A program made the translations under genes and the position numbers. This document shows positions 58,401 to 64,000 of a stretch of 64,000 bases of DNA, piece by piece; position 1 is the stretch's first letter; every line of letters starts with the position of its first letter. The notes beneath the pieces were generated by a model that was not told where the DNA came from, made no database searches, and saw nothing but the letters and a program-made list of their open reading frames with translations. The stretch spans positions 89,701 to 153,700 of IMG/VR virus record IMGVR_UViG_3300025450_000015; one strand, written 5' to 3'. Origin of the DNA: a virus.

Positions 58401-60845
58401 TGGTATGGTGCAGTAGTGCGTTCAGGCACATACGACGAACAAAATGGAGTATTTTTCCAGTATGATGGCCAAGTGGTCAGCGTGGTCAAACGTTCTAGCA
58501 CATTCCAGTTAGCAGGTACTTTTTCTGTTGTGATTGGTTCAGGACAAGTTATTGGAGTTAACACACGTTTTACAAGTCAGTTGTTTGTAGGCGACAAAAT
58601 TGTTATACGTGGTATGAGTCATACCGTTATTCAAGTTGTTAGCGATACTTTAATGTATATTAACCCTCAATGGCGTGGATACAGTAATGCACAGGGTATT
58701 AAAGGTACAAAAACTGTAGATCGTATTATTCCACAAAATCAGTGGAACGTGGACCGTATGGACGGATCCAACAGCATATACAACCCAAGTGGTTATCAAA
58801 TTATTCCAACTAAAATGCAAATGGTGGCCATGCAATGGACATGGTATGGTGCTGGATTTATTGACTGGATGATGCGTGGTCCCGAGGGCAAATATGTAAC
58901 TGTACATCGTTTGCGTAACAACAACTTAAACAACGAAGCTTGGATGCGAGCAGGTAACATGCCGGTACGTTATGAAGTGCAAAATGAAGGCGCCCGTAGT
59001 TTTATTGTTGGATCAAGTCCACTGGGTGTTAGCGATACAACTGTAACTGTATTTGATTCTACATATTTCCCACTGCCAACACTAACAGCCTGTACAATTT
59101 ATATTGACAATGAATTGATAACTTATAAAGGTAAAATTAATACACAAGCCACAGCTACCAGTGCAACGGGTAATACTGTAACAGTTGGTTCAACTACTAA
59201 TATGGCTGTAGGACAACCTATTGTGTTTATGAGTTACAACAGCAACACCAACAACTTAGGTAACATACAAGTCAACACTACTTACTATGTAAACACAGTT
59301 ATAGATGGTGCTACTATCACCCTGGCCACTAGCCTAGCCAATGTGGGCGTAACTGTGATGACTCAAGTTAACGCCGCGGCCACTGGCACTGTTACATCGT
59401 TGACCATTAATGCGTTGACAGGATTAACTCGAGCAGTTACTATAGTGCCATGGGCAAGTGGTGGTTATAGAACATTTACAGCAGGTGCAGCCGCAAGTCA
59501 TGCAGTACAAACTGGTGTAGTATTGGTTAATGGTTGTGCCAGTCCTATTGTCAGTCACTGGGGCGCGGCATTTATTGAAGACGGCGGATTTGATGCAGAC
59601 CGTTCATACATTTTCAACTATCAGGTTACCAACGTTCCGCTTACAACTAAGAAGACTACAGCGTTTGCTATTCGTCTAGCACCCAGTGTAAGTAATGCCT
59701 TGTCAGGCGATCTTGGAGCACGTGAACTCATTAACCGTGCTAGTTTCTTGCTACAACAGCTGGAATCATCATCTGGTTCAGGTGGTACTAACGCGGCCAT
59801 TGTGGTTGAGGGTGTTATTAATCCTAGCAACTTCCCTGCTTTGACCAACGTCAGCTTTAACAGTTTAAATTCAGCAGTTAACCCAACTGGACAGCCAAGT
59901 TTCAGTCAAGTGGCATCTGGTACCAGTATTATTTTCAGTAATGCTGTCAACAACTATCTAGTATGTCCAATATATGTTCCGGCTGGCACTAGTGCTATAC
60001 CTTTGATTGGTAATCCAACCAGTACAACAGTACAAGTGGGTGACGACGTTTATTTCCCAACCAGTACTGCATCACTGTATGGTTTGACCAAAGTTTCCAG
60101 TCTAGTAACAACTTCTGCTGGTATTACTGCCACTATATCTAACACAACAACCTGTAGTTTTACTGCCAACTTTGCCGGTAACGTTATGACTATTACCGCA
60201 GTGGGTTCAGGTACTGTTACAATAGGTATGTTGTTGACTGGTACTAGCTTGGGTTCAGGTACTTACATTACCAACAACATTACTGGTACAGGTTCTGGAG
60301 TTGGAACTTGGGGTGTATCAGTTACACAGACCATTGGTAACGTGACTGTGACAGGTACCGCAGTTATCATGACAGTAACAGGTACTCCAAGCGGTGTGGT
60401 TACAGTGGGTAGTTTGTTGGCAGGTGGTAGTGTCAGTGCTAACACATATATTATTGCCAACGGATCAGGTACAGGCGGTGCAGGTACATACTATGTCAAC
60501 GTAAGCCAAAATACAACCACAGCAACCACAGCAATTTACTATGGTATTACTATTAACCAAGCATTGTTGGCTCCGGTTATTTTATACGGTGGTACTGGTA
60601 CAACAGTTCAGTGCAGTCGCGGTACATACGCACTGCCTGGCGAAACTGTGTTTTCCTACATTAACTCACCAGCCAACAAGGACGCATTGGATTTGAGTAA
60701 CTTGAAAGAACTTACCAATACTCCAATTGGTGGACGTGGTACATATCCCAACGGGTGTGATACTTTGTTTATTAATGCTTATATTACACAGGGTGCTCCA
60801 ATTTCAACCAACTTGGTTCTACGTTGGGGCGAAGCTCAAGCCTAA
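55437..60845 (+). CDS. Large virion structural / fibre or baseplate-associated protein (1802 aa)
   Basis: GATAAATA (55407-55414) and a GGAG RBS. Shares the TYY beta-modules of the giant fibre and carries WYGAG, NMPVRYE and SHWG motifs. Confidence 0.75.
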   Translation: MAKAQLRQYIFTPVAGAGTIEIPGKYDLQQFLVITNTTRNTILYNFADTTYTGTTVSFLRGINDISFPDALDNSDGVTIITLAAGTTTGMASTDTLQILYEQPFQYVRSPEVGTDAFERQRVASPQSLLDADFEYGMQPTKWLTISQQRSVPAIYEIPGTDLTVTAATTDASSGGGGLTTSESVITITTASVHGYSVGQPITIRGFNSAYTGYDRAEGSFVVYQIINSTSFTYIAKGKVGFTNGDNIWTAFIQLRQGGFYSGSNINAVLNTTATATSGVTYQITLGSTTGMTQGSPITFNTINTNAFATNASTGYISVGTTVGMVTGMPVTFSGAPFGGLLNGVTYYITGIINTSTITISLASGGSNFTPSATVNGGNMAVVGGGNFGNLTSGTQYYISGISGNQITVSLQQQYTTTITGTNALSNGVYFSNYILNGVSVGGTTNMVVGETVSISGTTIGNLLAGTYYIYAILDSNYAQLSLTSPTSLNGLVLATQTTAVYSGSPMNVTVGTNVVLTNSTGYLWAVAISPPTITYTTPSSVASFAGTISGKVLTVSSVTSGVLAPGQGLSSGTATVPSATSIIIQLTPTGASPVVSPTLTAGGTAGTYSFTVNSPTNIVVGQIVSGTGIPNSTFVTGIVGSVITLSNVFSSAGSGTYNFYTAYQQGTYSISQSATVGSSSTFSAVNVNPTITVNTTSPHGFTPGETINVVVNSENGTNNNTLANGPFFVEAVTSPTTFTYTARGAGVITGTVSAQIYARPDSFYSHRPFDGGVQLGTGGPAYATQAIRMSKKYIRYQSGKAINFNTGLLMAPNYFVRSAVATGQNYATGLSITVANTNGSVVITSGTYVQGQALIISNVSLNGAVGLTAGTYYIAVGGTGTSITLASSYANAMAGTAITSVTQSGSLTATAILTPVLTITTDDVDHGCQQGTSVTLSGIITTGYNGTYTVVNIIDERTLQVLANQTLGAPTGLIGAAIGDPCLLSLNNWYGAVVRSGTYDEQNGVFFQYDGQVVSVVKRSSTFQLAGTFSVVIGSGQVIGVNTRFTSQLFVGDKIVIRGMSHTVIQVVSDTLMYINPQWRGYSNAQGIKGTKTVDRIIPQNQWNVDRMDGSNSIYNPSGYQIIPTKMQMVAMQWTWYGAGFIDWMMRGPEGKYVTVHRLRNNNLNNEAWMRAGNMPVRYEVQNEGARSFIVGSSPLGVSDTTVTVFDSTYFPLPTLTACTIYIDNELITYKGKINTQATATSATGNTVTVGSTTNMAVGQPIVFMSYNSNTNNLGNIQVNTTYYVNTVIDGATITLATSLANVGVTVMTQVNAAATGTVTSLTINALTGLTRAVTIVPWASGGYRTFTAGAAASHAVQTGVVLVNGCASPIVSHWGAAFIEDGGFDADRSYIFNYQVTNVPLTTKKTTAFAIRLAPSVSNALSGDLGARELINRASFLLQQLESSSGSGGTNAAIVVEGVINPSNFPALTNVSFNSLNSAVNPTGQPSFSQVASGTSIIFSNAVNNYLVCPIYVPAGTSAIPLIGNPTSTTVQVGDDVYFPTSTASLYGLTKVSSLVTTSAGITATISNTTTCSFTANFAGNVMTITAVGSGTVTIGMLLTGTSLGSGTYITNNITGTGSGVGTWGVSVTQTIGNVTVTGTAVIMTVTGTPSGVVTVGSLLAGGSVSANTYIIANGSGTGGAGTYYVNVSQNTTTATTAIYYGITINQALLAPVILYGGTGTTVQCSRGTYALPGETVFSYINSPANKDALDLSNLKELTNTPIGGRGTYPNGCDTLFINAYITQGAPISTNLVLRWGEAQA

Positions 60846-60851
60846 TATGAT

Positions 60852-60880
60852 AAAAAAGCACCATTCGTGGTGCTTTTTTT
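60852..60880 (+). terminator. Bidirectional intrinsic terminator
   Basis: AAAAAAGCACCA-ttcg-TGGTGCTTTTTT. Confidence 0.85.
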
Positions 60881-60901
60881 ATGGCTGGTGTAAATATTTG
60901 T

Positions 60902-61156
60902 ATGTATGCTAACCCCAGGGATTACTTCCCAGACCAGCACAACTTTGAATTCATAGCTGATATTCAATGGCCAGGTACTCATGGCCAGCAATTAGATTGG
61001 ATTACGGGTGTAACCAGTATAGAACACTGGCTGTTAAACTACACAGGTCCCAAGTATCAGCGTTGGGCATGGCACTGGGCACAGGAGTGTTACCACGTGG
61101 GAGTGGCCTTCAAGTACGACAAACATCGTACACTGTTTTTACTTACCTGGACCTAG
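60902..61156 (+). CDS. Hypothetical Trp-rich small protein
   Basis: Start reassigned to ATG 60902, 5 nt after TGTAAATA. Confidence 0.55.
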   Translation: MYANPRDYFPDQHNFEFIADIQWPGTHGQQLDWITGVTSIEHWLLNYTGPKYQRWAWHWAQECYHVGVAFKYDKHRTLFLLTWT

Positions 61157-61738
61157 TTGCTGTTTGATCCACGCAGTACGGTCAAACCAAATGTTAAAGC
61201 TGATGACCTTGCGTGTGTCGTCTGTTGTGTTTTTGGTAACGCCATGACGTAGCCATCCAGGAAACAGTAAAATCATACCTTCAACAGGACGCATTTCAAA
61301 ACGATCACCCAGATCTGTAAAAGCCAAACTGGTATGTTCTTGTCCAGGGCGTTCAAAGTAGATATTGCCATCATCCCCGGTGGTTTGATAGTAGTAGACT
61401 CCGGCAATGTCAGCAGTTCCATGATCATGACTGGCACTGAAATCATTCCTATTGTACTCAGCTAGCCAACTGGCACGATCATGAGCAATCACAGTGAAAT
61501 CTAGCTCACGACAGTATTCAGCTAGATGATATTCAAGTTCAGCCGCAAACAAGTCCAGTTGAGCTGATGCTATAACGTCATCAAAGTAGGTAACAGTAGT
61601 GATAGGATGTTGATCATCCAGCTCACCGGAATCAGCCCATGTGATTCGATTCTGTGCTTGCTCAAGTTCCTGGGCCAAACTGGCAGGATCGCTGGCACGG
61701 CTCATGTATAGGGGAATGGGGAATAAGTTGTGTATCAT
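61139..61738 (-). CDS. Putative 2OG-Fe(II) oxygenase (TIGR02466-like)
   Basis: LFPIPLY, SW...HDH...AGVYY and P.EGMILLFPGWLRHGV...R.VISFN motifs. Start reassigned to ATG 61738, 5 nt after GCTAAATA. Confidence 0.8.
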   Translation of the reverse strand: MIHNLFPIPLYMSRASDPASLAQELEQAQNRITWADSGELDDQHPITTVTYFDDVIASAQLDLFAAELEYHLAEYCRELDFTVIAHDRASWLAEYNRNDFSASHDHGTADIAGVYYYQTTGDDGNIYFERPGQEHTSLAFTDLGDRFEMRPVEGMILLFPGWLRHGVTKNTTDDTRKVISFNIWFDRTAWIKQQLGPGK

Positions 61739-61878
61739 GCAGATATTTAGCAGGCCATCAGGCCCGGCAGAAAATTTTATCGGCGAAGCTGAAAGCGGAA
61801 AAATTTCCAGTAGCCTACGCGAAGCGTAGCGGACAACGCAAGTTCTGCTAGCTGTAGCCCTGGACGAATAAATACAGT

Positions 61879-63054
61879 ATGACGAAAAAAAGCCTAGATT
61901 CAATCATAATGGAAGACTTCTTGTACCGTATATGGACCATAGAAGAACAAGCCCGCACCCTAGCTGAAAAGCGGAAGAGCCTACGTAGCAACAACCCCTG
62001 CTGGAAGGGCTATCATCCTGTGGGTACCAAAAAGAAAGGTGGTGCCACTGTGCCCAACTGTGTGCCCACAGAAGAAAACTATGTTGACAATCAAGACATG
62101 GGCATGGGTGCAGAACGAGCACAGGATCAACGTATAATGGAAACAGCCGCATGGCAAAAGAGCTCAGGCAAGAACAAAAATGGCGGCCTTAACAAGAAAG
62201 GTGTTGCCAGCTATCGTGCGGAGCATCCTGGATCAAAGTTACAAACTGCTGTAACTACCAAGCCCAGTAAATTAAAGAAAGGTTCAAAAGATGCCAAACG
62301 ACGTGCCAGTTTCTGTGCTCGTATGACGGGTATGAAAAAGCACAATACCAGTGGTAAAACAGCTCATGATCCCAACAGTCGTATAAACAAGAGTCTACGT
62401 AAATGGCACTGTGAAAGTCTACAAGAATTTGCTGTAACACCCGGAGATGACGATTACGATCAGTTTAAAAAGCTGGCTCGCATGTGGTATCAAGGCAGTG
62501 ATCATGTGCAACAGGCCATAGAACACACACTGGATCGCATGGGATGGGGTATTAGTGAAGTGGAAGATGGATCGGATCAAATACAGCTAGTACACCATGA
62601 AGATGTCAATGGCGATGATGTCATAGTGTTTGATGCTCATGAGCTGGACGAACATGCAGACATGCAGTCAATTGTGGAAGGTTTGGGATTCGACTGGAGT
62701 CAGTTTGGTCCTACAATAAGTCGTTTGGCTGTAGAAGCTGCCAAGGGACAACTGCCCTCTGCCGCTATTACAGTATTGCAAAAAGCTGGTGAATATGCCA
62801 ATTTACCCATGGTCAAATGGGGAGCCAGTATAGCCAGTGATTTAGAACAGTTGTGGACGATAGCAACAAGTCCAGCGGGACTGGCATTCTTTATGGCCAC
62901 ATATACTTCAGGATTAAACCAAGGTGAAGATGCAGAGTTGGCTAGAATTAGAAGCCAAAATCAGCCAAAGAAAGAACACATTGGACAAACTATAGGATTT
63001 GATTCAGGCGCTGGTAATTGGGCAGATACTGGTAGCCGTAATAAGCAGATGTAA
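61879..63054 (+). CDS. Hypothetical modular protein, probable head-internal protein
   Basis: CWKGY...KKKGG..VPNCVP and GGLNKKG...RRASFCARM...SLRKWHC modules, as seen in aquatic T4-like phages. Preceded by AATAAATA. Confidence 0.6.
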   Translation: MTKKSLDSIIMEDFLYRIWTIEEQARTLAEKRKSLRSNNPCWKGYHPVGTKKKGGATVPNCVPTEENYVDNQDMGMGAERAQDQRIMETAAWQKSSGKNKNGGLNKKGVASYRAEHPGSKLQTAVTTKPSKLKKGSKDAKRRASFCARMTGMKKHNTSGKTAHDPNSRINKSLRKWHCESLQEFAVTPGDDDYDQFKKLARMWYQGSDHVQQAIEHTLDRMGWGISEVEDGSDQIQLVHHEDVNGDDVIVFDAHELDEHADMQSIVEGLGFDWSQFGPTISRLAVEAAKGQLPSAAITVLQKAGEYANLPMVKWGASIASDLEQLWTIATSPAGLAFFMATYTSGLNQGEDAELARIRSQNQPKKEHIGQTIGFDSGAGNWADTGSRNKQM

Positions 63055-63258
63055 CTATTGGCGAGTTCTAGCAACAATGCCAGCAATCAAGTGCTGAGCA
63101 TGTGCGTTATTAGTGTTAATACGATCTATATCTTCCAAGGCCAATTCTAACTGTTCTATACGCTGTTGTTGCGTGTAGACACGATTACGCAGATTGGCAC
63201 TGTCTAAGAGACTCATTATAGCGGTTATGATTCGGGAAATGACAACATGTGTATCCAT
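63055..63258 (-). CDS. Hypothetical small coiled-coil protein
   Basis: 67-aa ORF convergent with ORF 61879; GCTATATA lies 4 nt upstream of its ATG. Confidence 0.45.
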   Translation of the reverse strand: MDTHVVISRIITAIMSLLDSANLRNRVYTQQQRIEQLELALEDIDRINTNNAHAQHLIAGIVARTRQ

Positions 63259-63514
63259 AGTGTATATAGCCGAATGGGTCTTACAGGATCAAAAAAATTG
63301 TGTGCGAAAAATTTTGGTGAAGTACTTGAGCTGGACCGAGGGGTATTTTACAGGGCAAAAACTTGGCTCGCGAAAAATTAAAAAGAAGTACTTATAGTTT
63401 TAGAGGGGTGAAAATACTTCGGTACCCATGCAGTTTAGCTAGTTAATAAATCATTTTGTATATATATGCCCCGCCCTGGTCAAATTCTTCTTCATCACAC
63501 CGCCGACCTTGAGC

Positions 63515-63566
63515 CAAAAAAATCCCCAACATGACCGGGAGCGAATCGGATTTATCATGTTGGGGA
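63515..63566 (-). terminator. Long hairpin / putative terminator for the minus-strand gene
   Basis: 12-bp perfect stem TCCCCAACATGA / TCATGTTGGGGA followed by a T-run on the minus strand. Confidence 0.6.
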
Positions 63567-63661
63567 CCAACTGACTGCCTAGTGGGAGCGAATCACGCAG
63601 GCGTCTGTCTGCTGGGGCTGTTCTAGTATAGTAGTGCCCCAGCCTTACTGTATGCTAGCCC

Positions 63662-64000
63662 TTAGCGGCTACCACGCATACATGTAACCTCTGCTACTGC
63701 CCGCCATGTGTCTGGAAAGCTAACACGCAAGTCTGCTACCTTAAGTACTGTACGCAGGCTCAGCTCACGCATACGAGCCTTGTACTCGTCTACGAAGTTG
63801 ACTACATCCAGCTTGGCTTCATCCGATAAGTCATAGCTGTCTAACATGCCATGCTCAGTGACCACCTGCTTGATTCTGAGTACCTTCTCACGCTCTGTAT
63901 CAATAGTCAAGTCCAAGTAGTGGCAACGTGACTCCAATGCTTCCAAGTGATCCTGTAGCTTCTTGCTCTTCACGTGATCGAACTTGATGTTGGTAATAAA
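63662..64000 (-). CDS. Hypothetical protein (5'-truncated by window end)
   Basis: The frame stays open from the window end through the stop at 63662. Confidence 0.55.
   Translation of the reverse strand, partial: FITNIKFDHVKSKKLQDHLEALESRCHYLDLTIDTEREKVLRIKQVVTEHGMLDSYDLSDEAKLDVVNFVDEYKARMRELSLRTVLKVADLRVSFPDTWRAVAEVTCMRGSR

Noticed and set aside
63515-63645. tRNA gene in the hairpin region
   Set aside because: GATTCGCTCCC on the minus strand only loosely resembles a T-arm, and I could not build a cloverleaf or acceptor stem.
1-64000. Stop-codon reassignment as seen in some large phages
   Set aside because: Conserved genes are full length and densely packed in the standard code.

Overview
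This is a 64-kb AT-rich segment of a large T4-like (contractile-tailed) bacteriophage genome, read in the standard genetic code. It holds a virion module: giant fibre/baseplate proteins, an S74-chaperone tail fibre, neck gp13/gp14, gp15, sheath, tube, gp4 nuclease, both terminase subunits and putative head-internal proteins. It also holds a replication/recombination module (gp32, UvsX, UvsY, UvsW, a gp62-like protein, primase, gp41 helicase and a miniature DnaE-like protein) and several auxiliary enzymes. No portal, major capsid, gp43 polymerase, tRNA or CRISPR array was seen. The standout is a RiPP-like operon directly after the tail fibre (13253-17358). It encodes a 133-aa protein with a Cys-free N-half and a core of 21 Cys (19 as Asn-Cys), a radical SAM/SPASM enzyme, an orphan protein and a flavin-halogenase-like enzyme, suggesting enzymatic cross-linking of a tail-tip protein. 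Other notable signals are a five-deep nested domain architecture in the giant fibre, probable leaderless late mRNAs, a TGACC motif array hidden in a gene between uvsY and uvsW, and a structured non-coding region near the right end. All assignments come from motif recognition by eye; no searches were run.
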